A DNA stretch of 44,158 nucleotides from the IMG/VR virus record IMGVR_UViG_3300047561_001935, positions 1-44,158 of that record, one strand, 5' to 3'. The notes beneath the pieces were generated by a model that saw only the letters and a program-made list of their open reading frames with translations, ran no database searches and was not told the DNA's origin. How positions within the stretch are numbered: position 1 is the stretch's first letter; the number at the start of each line of letters is the position of its first letter. Position numbers and translations under genes: made by a program. This document shows, one piece after another, positions 10,901 to 18,731 of this stretch. Origin of the DNA: a virus (lineage: Duplodnaviria; Caudoviricetes).

Positions 10901-11987
10901 AGCTGTATGGGCTTGAACCGCGGTGATAGAACACCTGTGTACCTCCACTGCGACTGAAGTAATTATTATAATCAGCACCACCAGGCACATCAATTTTGAA
11001 ATAATCATTGCCTGCGGCAACACACACCGTGACACCTGCTTGAATTAATTCCTCTAGATCTGTATCCACAGAAGCCACGCGTGCAGGTACACTGCCTGTG
11101 TAATTCACCATGCCATAGGAAGAATTGGGTGTTGAGCCTATCCAATCTACACCTCGGTAATTGCCGCCTGTTAGAGGAGCGAATGCATATGTTGTGCTGT
11201 ATCCCCAACTCATGTTGACAACTGTGGGTCGTTTTTTACCAGTTACTGGGTCAATGGGCTTGTTTAAATGCCACCCCTTCACCACATCAAAACAATATGT
11301 GATGGGTATGCCTGTGCCAGCATCACCAGCACCTTCCAATCCATTTACCTTGAGAGCATATATTGTGGCATTCTTAGCCCATCCATATGTTTTGCCACAC
11401 ATTATGCCACCCACATGTGTACCATGACCGTCAAAATCTCTATAAAAATTTACACTTTGTGTGCCTGCAATGCCTGAAGCTGTATACCAGTCAATTTGCT
11501 GCACCCTAGATGCATTGGTGTTATCAGTGAATTCAGGATGATCTATCTGTAGCCCGCAATCATGTATTACAACATCCACACCTGTGCCATCCAGATGATA
11601 TGGGTATGCACATACTGTGGGAAAACCTGTGCTACCAAAGATTGTATTGTTAACAAACCCACATCTCAGCAATCCCCAGTTCACAAACGGTCCACTGTCA
11701 CTTGTGGTTTTATTAAAATTTGATGATTGTATGTTGAAAGGAGTTATTTTTATGTCATCACGTTGATCAGGTGGAAGCTCCACTGCCAGGACTCTTGGAT
11801 CTTCTTGTAGCACAGAAGCTTCATGATCAGTTAAAAAATAATGTGTGTTTCTCTGTGACAACGGCCTCTCATTGGCAATCTCTACTTGTCTGTTGGGTAC
11901 AAGTGTCTCAGTTGAAGATTGTACCATGGCATCATAAAAAGCATCGTAATCAACACCTGCTTTGAGTGTTACAATGTACTCTTTCAT
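7947..11987 (-). CDS. Subtilase (peptidase S8) fused to a TIGR03790-like domain interrupted by an RCC1-like beta-propeller
   Basis: S8 triad motifs VDVVIHDCG, DGHGTHVGG, ISGTSMASP; about 7 RCC1-like repeats (HTMALSAGTN..FxTGxNxxGQLGxG); flanking VVVFYNQNSTDSIDVANYYK and GHLYEPY...AIGDPL resemble the N- and C-terminal motifs of TIGR03790. Confidence 0.8.
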   Translation of the reverse strand: MKEYIVTLKAGVDYDAFYDAMVQSSTETLVPNRQVEIANERPLSQRNTHYFLTDHEASVLQEDPRVLAVELPPDQRDDIKITPFNIQSSNFNKTTSDSGPFVNWGLLRCGFVNNTIFGSTGFPTVCAYPYHLDGTGVDVVIHDCGLQIDHPEFTDNTNASRVQQIDWYTASGIAGTQSVNFYRDFDGHGTHVGGIMCGKTYGWAKNATIYALKVNGLEGAGDAGTGIPITYCFDVVKGWHLNKPIDPVTGKKRPTVVNMSWGYSTTYAFAPLTGGNYRGVDWIGSTPNSSYGMVNYTGSVPARVASVDTDLEELIQAGVTVCVAAGNDYFKIDVPGGADYNNYFSRSGGTQVFYHRGSSPYSLSAVIVGSVNSTATPTEYKAGYSNGGPGVDVYAPGTDIMSSTSNTNAFGGMTYFLNSSYKQVNISGTSMASPQTAGMCALFYQLNPDALPHQVKMFTIKTATSGALYDTAGSSTDYTGTTTLLGGYNRYLLNPYANNTGMIYKNIYQGIPVQQQNILNTARDEVVVFYNQNSTDSIDVANYYKTKRPNFSKVNLVGLNIPYQIYPQRRTADTSVQIALSASVLFGTGVNSNGQLGLDDSGVALSVSTFTAVTGNWSNVVCAKGGSHTMALSAGTNKWFGTGANTSGQLGIGTTTDSSTFVALTGVWSNVVCGGGHTMALSAGTNALFATGNNFDGQLGIGNNIYPYSSFVALTGNWSSMACGTSHTMALSAGTNALFATGNNFYGQLGLGTSGVGTYKNSFTAVAGNWSKVICGHNHTMALSAGTNKWFGAGDNSSGQLGIGNTSSTGTFQTALTGYWSQVSAGQSHTMALSAGTNALYATGRNANGALGLGDNISKTSFAACTGVWSDVVCVSNSTMVLSAGTNKWFGTGLNTSGQLGIGNTTNTNAFVALTGNWSQMACGQSYTMALSTVIVGFALSAVATIISEAGADIGVPYEGCRKYDLIHNINFNASVIAPIQAYLASNIKTKYIVCSLDMPLHIIDQTSTAVPYLTTLASVSGVPYHISKNTGIFPFYLAGEYREDVLAYIDKLSRASADGTKLYTNRLSAYAEDSNLYGIDYFSLYSAGDNIYRALSGVYFYRTGRTTALSAGTTSVRQTTGMFCNYSNAWPHNTGNLSASSMCYFGGWGFNGRRFINPNGPYIYNISGEGEVAGLSAMSYYTDPASSGKLTLNNPQKTDNWSFVYTIESFNASPGGGSYGPYTALVPSWGYFPTSYTGVKTFAAFKTSWQYAAGMRPIRHSHFTQYFSKSAFGGSNYENTAVNWVGHLYEPYYPGALNDKHITAWLSGGIAYDCVTNNFANKLPALAIGDPLVFVKTPVFNTIIF
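9190..10240 (-). repeat. Intragenic ~150-bp tandem repeats encoding RCC1-like blades
   Basis: Core ttggtaccagcagacaat(g/a)ccatggt at 9328, 9475, 9625, 9781, 9931 and 10078 (periods 147, 150, 156, 150, 147). Confidence 0.9.
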
Positions 11988-11992
11988 TAGAG

Positions 11993-12682
11993 TTAGTTGA
12001 GATCAACCCATCCTACAGAAGCATAACCTTGAAATTTATTTGTGGTGGTGTTGTATATCATGTCACCGTATAGAGGGGTAATTGCGTCTCTTAAAGCTGT
12101 GGTAAAATTTGCTATGCGAAAAGGTGTATTTGTAACTGTGACACGAGTCACAGCATCCAGTCGAATATCACTGCCAGACGATAGTGTGGGAGCGCCTGTA
12201 CCCACAGTGTTTATTTGAGATGAATATATTATGCCTCCAACAGATAGATATGTGGTGACTGTGCATGCACTCAAAATGACATTGCTGGAAGATATGGTTA
12301 CTGTCTGGCTAGCAGGATTGCTCCAACTGGCACTATTGGCATACACTGTGGACTCCACACTTTCCCAACCAGCACTATTATTGCGGGTGGTAGTATACAC
12401 GCTGTTCCATGCGCCGGAAGCAGCTGCTAATGAACTGAGATCTACACTTGTACCGCCTGTGCCCCAACTGGCACTGTTGGTTGCAACAGTAGTAGTTACA
12501 GTTGTAGCACGAAAGAAAGCTTCTGCAGCCACATTCACTGCAATATTCCATCCAGCACTATTTGCATTGGTGGTAGTATATGCACTATCCCATCCCCCTG
12601 CACCACTCAAGCTTGCTGCACTCAATGCATTTCTTATGCCGGTTAGTACGGTGCTGTCGGCTGTTGTGATCTCTATGGACAT
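11993..12682 (-). CDS. ANSAxW-repeat virion protein with a fibre-like C-terminal domain
   Basis: Repeats of WxSxYTTTxxNSAxW; C-terminal TTALRDAI...GDMIYNTTTNKFQGY...W motif common in phage fibres; N-terminus paralogous to 15630..16541. Confidence 0.7.
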   Translation of the reverse strand: MSIEITTADSTVLTGIRNALSAASLSGAGGWDSAYTTTNANSAGWNIAVNVAAEAFFRATTVTTTVATNSASWGTGGTSVDLSSLAAASGAWNSVYTTTRNNSAGWESVESTVYANSASWSNPASQTVTISSSNVILSACTVTTYLSVGGIIYSSQINTVGTGAPTLSSGSDIRLDAVTRVTVTNTPFRIANFTTALRDAITPLYGDMIYNTTTNKFQGYASVGWVDLN

Positions 12683-12759
12683 ATGTTAAGTATTTATTAC
12701 CTCTTCACCTTTTTTAACAAGTGCATCTGCAATGCCGCTATTGACAATTGAGATTAGTA

Positions 12760-15600
12760 TTAAGCTTGTGCTTCACTCCAAGACAGTCTGGAGAAGATTG
12801 AGCCGGTAGATCCAGCAATTAAAGTGGCTGTGATATGTACAGCATCTGGACCATCTGGAAACACATCTGTTGTTGCAGTGGACACATTTGCACCTGCACC
12901 TCCACCCAGTATACTAGTGCCCATCTCACGTATTTGAGAGAGATCTTGACTCAAGCTGTTTGCTGAACCACCTGCAGGGAAGAAGAAGCTATAAACAGAT
13001 TCACCACCTGTTACAACAGCTGCATCATTGGTATAATAAGCAATTTGCGCTAAACTGGAACCACCAGCTGATTGCCATGGCTTGGCAACAGACACTCTGC
13101 CATTCAGAATGAGATTGATGCGCCACACAGAAGTAGCCACATTGGTAAGAACATCCATGGCTCTTAATTTCAATTGCATTCTATTGACAATTTCCCTCAC
13201 ACCCAACGCACCAGTTCTGCCACCATCCACACTGGGTGCCAAGCGCAAACTCATGAGTGCAAAAGTTTGACCTATGGTACTGAATGATGTTCCAGTGTTA
13301 TTACCTGCATTGAAAGCGAACGACAAATCATCATCAAACCTGCCATCCATGATGACACTGGATCCCCAATGTGATACAACAGCATCAGGTGGACCCACCA
13401 ATGGGTCTGCACTCATGCTTGCTAGTTCCACAACAATGGGTGCTGTGGCTGAGTAGGTAAAAGTACTGGCTGCAGCACCACCAGCAACACCCCTGGTCAA
13501 GCCTGTGAATGTGGTGGCAGTCTTGCCAGTGTAGCTCACATATTCAATTGATCCTGCATCACCATTGTCTATGATGCGAAAAGAACCTGCAGATGGAAAC
13601 AGAGATGTGTCTGTAACATTTAAGACTGTGGCAACATTGCTAAATGTTTGAGTAATATTAGTAATTGGTTGCAAGGTGTTTACTTCGTAGCGTGCAGGCA
13701 GGTTGCCAGAGCGCATGTATGCTTCATTATTGACATTGTTGTTGATGAGTTTGTGACAATACACCACATTTCCGTCTGCGCCGCGCATGCCCCAACGGAT
13801 GAAGCCTGCACCATACCAAGAGTAATCAATGTAAAGCATTTGCATCTTGGTAAGATCCAATATGTATCCACTTGGTCCAATGCCATTGAACTTGTCAATG
13901 TTCCATGCACTCTGTGGAATCTTAAGATCAATGGTTTTGCTTATGACTGTGGCGGCAGGTGGTGCAAGAGTTGGTCCTCTAAATTCTGGACTTATGGATA
14001 AATTAGTCTGACTTGCAATGTTTGTAACTTTGTATGAACAACCCTTAAGCACTATGTAGTCACCCACAGTGAGTTGATCCACAAAGCGTGTATTCACACC
14101 GGTGATTGTGTTGGCTGCATTGGTAACATAAGCATTGCCAGCAATTTGTGCAGTGCTGCTTCTGCGTACTGCATATAGTGTCTGACCATCAAACTCAAAG
14201 AATACGCCGTTCTGATTATCAAACATTCCAACCCGCACAGCACTACCATACCAGTTGCTAAGATTCACTGAAATTGGAAAGCCTGTTGCAGGTGAACTTG
14301 CTGGTGCACTGGCTGCAGTGTAAGTGAAGACAAGGTCTGAGAGCACAGCCACTACAGTGAAGATGCCGTTGTAACCACTTTGCGTGGCACCAGACACTGA
14401 CACAGTGCATCCAGGTGTCAGTCCATGTGGGGTTTTGGTGTTAACAGTGACTGTGGTACCAGAACTGGTCAGCTGATCAACATTGAAACTGGGTTTCAGC
14501 AGAGTGCCAGTGCTGAACTGAATGCCTTTGCCAGATTGATAGCGAAAGTATTTGCGTGTTTGACGTATATGTTGCACATTGGGTGATCCTCCAGCAGCAC
14601 CTGCACCAGCAGTAAATTGCACACCACCATCATATGCTCGGTGAATGGAGAAACCGGCTGGTCTTGCAAATAGTGTTGTATTGGCATTGTTAACGGTTAC
14701 TGTGCCTGTGGGTGTGTTGGTGGTTACAAAAGTGAAAGTTTTTGCATTGCTGGTAGAATTTATAACCCAAGCACCATTGGGTGGATTTGTTGTAGCTGTA
14801 GTACCTGCAATATATATTTGATTACCAGCAGCCAGATTGTGTGCAGACTGTGTCACAACAGTAGTTGTGGTGCCCACCGATGTGATGGAGAGAATTGGAA
14901 TACCTGCACCAGAGAAGTAAAAGCCACTGTTTGCTTGTGTTTTACTTGAATCAAAAATAGAAGCATTGGCAACGCTTGCTTTTGCTGTGTAACTGAACCC
15001 ACTTATGGCAGAATTAGTTGAATCAACCAAGTAATAGCCATTTGCATTTGTGTCCAAAGAGTCTTGCACGTAAATGGGCATCCCTGCAACAATGCCAACA
15101 CCTGTTTGCATTCCTCCTTGACCTGAAACTGTTCTAGTGCCTGTACCTGACAACCCTGATAATAAGATGGGTGTAGTTGCATCATAAAATACTGTGGGTC
15201 GGTTGTTTGCTAATTGTACAAATTCCCATTTTGTGGTTTGTAACCCATATTCAAAATCTGTATCAATGAGTGATTGTGGTTGTGATGTGCGAGCTTTGTT
15301 GACTGGATCAAAATACTCTTCTGTAGGCAGTGTGGCAAGTGATGGTGTGTCATATATCACTTGCAGCAAATCTGTTGATGCATATGCACCAGTGTTAGTA
15401 TTCAGATTTAATGTTAGTGTTCTGCCGTTTCTATCCCATGTGCCACCCAACCCACTCTGACCCTCTGCATAGATGATGGTGTTTGTAGTTTGGTTGACTA
15501 CCACCATGAGACGGTTGTTTTGAAAGTTAGGTATACCAGAAAACGCTAGTGTGCTGGTGCTTGGTGTAAAAGTTGGGTTTGAAGTTAAAACAATTTTCAT
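12760..15600 (-). CDS. Large virion structural (tail/baseplate-associated) protein
   Basis: About 946 aa. SQPQSLIDTDFEYGLQTTKWE and RQTRKYFRYQSGKG motifs with repeated small beta domains (TxxHxLxxG...GxxNG). Start is either ATG 15600 or TTG 15606. Confidence 0.7.
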   Translation of the reverse strand: MKIVLTSNPTFTPSTSTLAFSGIPNFQNNRLMVVVNQTTNTIIYAEGQSGLGGTWDRNGRTLTLNLNTNTGAYASTDLLQVIYDTPSLATLPTEEYFDPVNKARTSQPQSLIDTDFEYGLQTTKWEFVQLANNRPTVFYDATTPILLSGLSGTGTRTVSGQGGMQTGVGIVAGMPIYVQDSLDTNANGYYLVDSTNSAISGFSYTAKASVANASIFDSSKTQANSGFYFSGAGIPILSITSVGTTTTVVTQSAHNLAAGNQIYIAGTTATTNPPNGAWVINSTSNAKTFTFVTTNTPTGTVTVNNANTTLFARPAGFSIHRAYDGGVQFTAGAGAAGGSPNVQHIRQTRKYFRYQSGKGIQFSTGTLLKPSFNVDQLTSSGTTVTVNTKTPHGLTPGCTVSVSGATQSGYNGIFTVVAVLSDLVFTYTAASAPASSPATGFPISVNLSNWYGSAVRVGMFDNQNGVFFEFDGQTLYAVRRSSTAQIAGNAYVTNAANTITGVNTRFVDQLTVGDYIVLKGCSYKVTNIASQTNLSISPEFRGPTLAPPAATVISKTIDLKIPQSAWNIDKFNGIGPSGYILDLTKMQMLYIDYSWYGAGFIRWGMRGADGNVVYCHKLINNNVNNEAYMRSGNLPARYEVNTLQPITNITQTFSNVATVLNVTDTSLFPSAGSFRIIDNGDAGSIEYVSYTGKTATTFTGLTRGVAGGAAASTFTYSATAPIVVELASMSADPLVGPPDAVVSHWGSSVIMDGRFDDDLSFAFNAGNNTGTSFSTIGQTFALMSLRLAPSVDGGRTGALGVREIVNRMQLKLRAMDVLTNVATSVWRINLILNGRVSVAKPWQSAGGSSLAQIAYYTNDAAVVTGGESVYSFFFPAGGSANSLSQDLSQIREMGTSILGGGAGANVSTATTDVFPDGPDAVHITATLIAGSTGSIFSRLSWSEAQA

Positions 15601-15629
15601 TTGCAATTAATATTTATTATTTATGCATA

Positions 15630-16541
15630 TTAGCTATATATCACCGCTGCAATAAAACCATATAGAGCACTATTGGCATTCACATTGGTATACACACTGC
15701 TCCAAGCAGCACTATTGGCATTCACATTGGTATACACACTGCTACCTGTTCCCCATGTAGAACTATTTGCATTGGTAGTTGTATATGCACTGATCCATGC
15801 GCCAGAATTTGCACCCATTAGTGTTGCAACAGCTGCAGTCGGAGCACTACTTGCATTCACAAATGTGTACGCACTACCCCATGCAGCACTATTGGCATAT
15901 ACTGTGGACTCTACACTTTCCCAACCAGCACTATTGGCATTCACATTGGTATACACACTGCCCCATGCAGCACTGTTTGCATTGGTGGTTGCATATACAC
16001 TGTTCCATGAAGCAGAAGTGGTGGTTAGCAAGCTAGTGTTTACACCGCCTGTTCCCCACACAGCACTGTTTGCATTGGTGGTGGTGTACACACTGTTTAA
16101 AGTGGCACTGTTTGCTTTGGTGGTGGTATACGCGCTGCCCCATGCAGCACTATTTGCTCTGGTGGTTGCATATACACTGTTCCATGAAGCAGAAGTGGTG
16201 GTTAGCAAGCTGAGATCTACACTTACACCGCCTGTGCCCCAAATGGCACTGTTTGCATTGGTGGTGGTGTATGTACTATCCCAATTGGCACTGTTGGCAT
16301 ACACAGTTGCTGTTGTGTTGTCCCAATTGGCGCTGTTGGCATACACAGTTGCTGTTGTGCCATTCCAATTGGCACTGTTGGCATACACAGTTGCTGTTGT
16401 GTTGTCCCACCCAGCACTATTATTGCGTGTGGTTGTATATACGCTATCCCATGTAAATGAACCACTTAAATTTGCAGCTTTTAATGCATTTCTTATGCCA
16501 GTTATTGTGGTGCTGTCTGCTGTTGTGAGCTCTATGGCCAT
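15630..16541 (-). CDS. ANSAxW 14-residue-repeat protein (putative trimeric coiled-coil fibre)
   Basis: 303 aa made almost entirely of WxSVYTTTNANSAx 14-mers and ending in a hydrophobic tail (LYGFIAAVIYS). Confidence 0.75.
   Translation of the reverse strand: MAIELTTADSTTITGIRNALKAANLSGSFTWDSVYTTTRNNSAGWDNTTATVYANSANWNGTTATVYANSANWDNTTATVYANSANWDSTYTTTNANSAIWGTGGVSVDLSLLTTTSASWNSVYATTRANSAAWGSAYTTTKANSATLNSVYTTTNANSAVWGTGGVNTSLLTTTSASWNSVYATTNANSAAWGSVYTNVNANSAGWESVESTVYANSAAWGSAYTFVNASSAPTAAVATLMGANSGAWISAYTTTNANSSTWGTGSSVYTNVNANSAAWSSVYTNVNANSALYGFIAAVIYS
16279..16409 (-). repeat. Three near-perfect 42-bp tandem repeats (in-frame)
   Basis: Unit tcccaattggcactgttggcatacacagttgctgttgtgttg starts at 16279, 16321 and 16363 with few mismatches. 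Confidence 0.9.
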
Positions 16542-16567
16542 ATGTTAGATATTTATTCTTTTTTTGT

Positions 16568-16921
16568 CTAGATTACTTGAATATAGGAGAACCGTTTGCT
16601 AGAGGATGCAAGTGCATAGCCTGCTTCATTTGCAAATATTATATCCAGTTTTTGTGGGGTGTAGAAGACCGGAAGAGTGAAGGTGAGTGTGTTGTTGGTG
16701 AAGGTTGTGTACATGGGCATGGGATATGCTGAAAATGGTGGATTACCAGCACTGACACTTTTCACAGAACTATACAAATTGTAATATTTTTGTGTGCCAT
16801 CAAATGCATTGGAGCTCAGGTACAATCCCACATCAGTCTTGTAATTGAACATATTGCCATTCACAGTTATTTGTTTCCCAGAAGTACCCACAGTTACTGT
16901 ATAAGAGGGGTAACTTTTCAT
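16568..16921 (-). CDS. Small Ig-like virion protein (putative)
   Basis: 117 aa, beta-rich (ITVNG...LTFTLP...LDIIFANEAGY); overlaps the upstream stop by ATGA. Confidence 0.55.
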   Translation of the reverse strand: MKSYPSYTVTVGTSGKQITVNGNMFNYKTDVGLYLSSNAFDGTQKYYNLYSSVKSVSAGNPPFSAYPMPMYTTFTNNTLTFTLPVFYTPQKLDIIFANEAGYALASSSKRFSYIQVI

Positions 16922-17745
16922 GGCAGAGGTCCCAAGGGAGTGTATAATCTGATATCAGAAATAACAGGGCGACCAGAAACTGTCACAGTTTCAGAATTAG
17001 CAAAAGCAGACAAAGGCGACTCTGCAGTAATTTCTTGTGACTTGAGAAACGCATATGCTCCATAGTCAAGAGACATTCCAGTACTCACTGCAGTGAATTG
17101 TGTATCAATTTTATAAATGTTTTTAACAGGATCTTGAGGGTCTGGAAATAAAAATCCTTTGATTGTGAATCCTGTGTCAGCAATGATTTGTGCTTTTTGA
17201 TTTCCATTGATATCTGTGGGGTAAGACATGTTGATGTTGCCATTCCATAGAACTTCAGATCTTATTTCTTGAGTATAAGGTAAATTGAATTCTTTGGGCA
17301 CAGTCCAGCTGAGAATAATATAAGGATTGTTGAAAGGTACAAAATTGGTGAGAATTTGATCCATGTCAGACTGATAGCGAGCCAAGATGCTCATCTTCAA
17401 CTCAATGTTCACTGGCACTGGTGCTTTGTAATAAAACGTTGCAGGTCCAGGATTATCTTCAAAAGGTGTGCCAGCAGCATAGAATCCTGCATTTTTATTG
17501 AATACTCGATTGTTGTCTCTTGATATGCTGCTTATTGTTATGCTCACAACAGGCAATGTTATGTTTTGTGCCGGGTTAACTAAATCAAATAATACACGCT
17601 CTTTTGGTGCATAAATATATCTTACTTGTTGTATAGCACCAGGTACCCTGTTCTTATCGTACCGCTTGATTACAACATCATCAAATGCAGCTAGAAATTG
17701 GATTAATAAATCCTTGATTTCAAAATAATGACTCTGCATCTTCAT
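16918..17745 (-). CDS. T4 gp15-like tail sheath stabiliser/completion protein
   Basis: FLAAFDDVVIKR, VRYIYAPKER, LPVVS..ISSISRD, PVPVNI..KMSILARYQSDMDQILTNFVPFNNP and FTIKGFLF match the gp15 pattern. Confidence 0.85.
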   Translation of the reverse strand: MKMQSHYFEIKDLLIQFLAAFDDVVIKRYDKNRVPGAIQQVRYIYAPKERVLFDLVNPAQNITLPVVSITISSISRDNNRVFNKNAGFYAAGTPFEDNPGPATFYYKAPVPVNIELKMSILARYQSDMDQILTNFVPFNNPYIILSWTVPKEFNLPYTQEIRSEVLWNGNINMSYPTDINGNQKAQIIADTGFTIKGFLFPDPQDPVKNIYKIDTQFTAVSTGMSLDYGAYAFLKSQEITAESPLSAFANSETVTVSGRPVISDIRLYTPLGPLP

Positions 17746-17779
17746 ATTCTATATTTAGTAGAATACTAGGTGCTATATG

Positions 17780-17983
17780 TTATTTATAGAATTTCCACTT
17801 CAAGGCAGATATCTTGGGGGCTAGCTTGCGTCTCATGGAAGGCTTCATGAAGGTTTTGCGGAGCTTCAGATCTTCCAGCACACCACAACGTTTCACAGCA
17901 TTGGTGAATTGACGAAGTTTTTTATCAAAATAAAGCTTGTTGGAACTCTTACCCTTTTCAAACTTTACCTCACAATTGATCAT
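17780..17983 (-). CDS. rpsU: Phage-encoded 30S ribosomal protein bS21
   Basis: 67 aa, basic; FDKKLRQFTNAVKRCGVLEDLKLRKTFMKPSMRRK fits the bS21 pattern (LRRF...G...E.R.R..Y.KPS..RK). Confidence 0.8.
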   Translation of the reverse strand: MINCEVKFEKGKSSNKLYFDKKLRQFTNAVKRCGVLEDLKLRKTFMKPSMRRKLAPKISALKWKFYK

Positions 17984-18003
17984 AATGTCGCTTATTTATG
18001 CGT

Positions 18004-18357
18004 TCAAATGGCATCTTCAATGACATTTATTTCAAGTTGTGTGTTAAAGAATTTACCAGGTTTTTTGGGCATGAGTTGTCTGGCATGGTGCATAATTTTT
18101 TCTGATCCATGATGAAAAATGGAAGTGTCATAGTTAAGAATAATTTTATTTGCATATTGATCAAACAAATATGGGTAAGGTATTTCAAACATTTTCTTGC
18201 TATGGTTTACACTGATGGTGAATACCAAGTAAAAATCTTTGATACAAAACAGAATCAATTTGCCACTCTTGATGATCTTGTTGTTGATGGTGAAGTTGAC
18301 TCGTTGTTGCAACAAGCTGTTGATGGCCTTTTCCAGTTGTTCTGCTTTCATCATCAT
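18004..18357 (-). CDS. Hypothetical protein
   Basis: 117-aa ORF coupled to the upstream gene by an ATGA overlap. Confidence 0.6.
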   Translation of the reverse strand: MMMKAEQLEKAINSLLQQRVNFTINNKIIKSGKLILFCIKDFYLVFTISVNHSKKMFEIPYPYLFDQYANKIILNYDTSIFHHGSEKIMHHARQLMPKKPGKFFNTQLEINVIEDAI

Positions 18358-18731
18358 GAGTCCATGTAATCTATTTTTTGCGCCACAGAAAGACGGGCCA
18401 AATTATCCCTGAAATACTTCCAGAAAGCGTCACCTGCAGGTATGGATGTGATCAAGTCACAATTGTCACAATTCACAGCACGGTAATCCTGCATGAACAC
18501 ATCCCACACAATGACTAAATTCTTTTGATCTGGATTATACCGGGTGGATTTCATGGTGGGTTTGTAATTCAATGCCACTCTACCATCAGCACTGTTCAAC
18601 AGTGCTTGAGCATTTGTGCACAACATTCTGCGTGTGTTGGGTTTGCCTGGGCGCGGTCGTCGCCGTGCAAATTTAATCTCACACACGTTGTTTTGCAGTA
18701 CGCTTTTTAGACTCATTAATGATACTAGCAT
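18354..18731 (-). CDS. SH3-fold DUF2693/WYL_2-like phage protein
   Basis: LKSVLQNNVCEIKFxR...RRMLCT...LVIVWDVFMQDYRAV pattern; start moved to ATG 18731. Confidence 0.6.
   Translation of the reverse strand: MLVSLMSLKSVLQNNVCEIKFARRRPRPGKPNTRRMLCTNAQALLNSADGRVALNYKPTMKSTRYNPDQKNLVIVWDVFMQDYRAVNCDNCDLITSIPAGDAFWKYFRDNLARLSVAQKIDYMDS

Noticed and set aside
236-15460. Numerous short Cys/His/Trp-rich alternative-frame ORFs in the ORF track
   Set aside because: They overlap long credible genes and reflect the TG/CA-rich codon usage; none has a promoter motif or recognisable domain.
15630-16541. Regularly spaced DNA repeats resembling a CRISPR array (also 9190-10240)
   Set aside because: Periods are multiples of 3 inside ORFs, the intervening sequence is itself homologous rather than unique spacers, and no cas genes are present.
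15673-16548. 291-aa plus-strand hydrophobic ORF (and the similar 12231..12689)
   Set aside because: Antisense shadows of the ANSAxW repeat genes; the promoter motif, paralogy and operon direction all support the minus strand.
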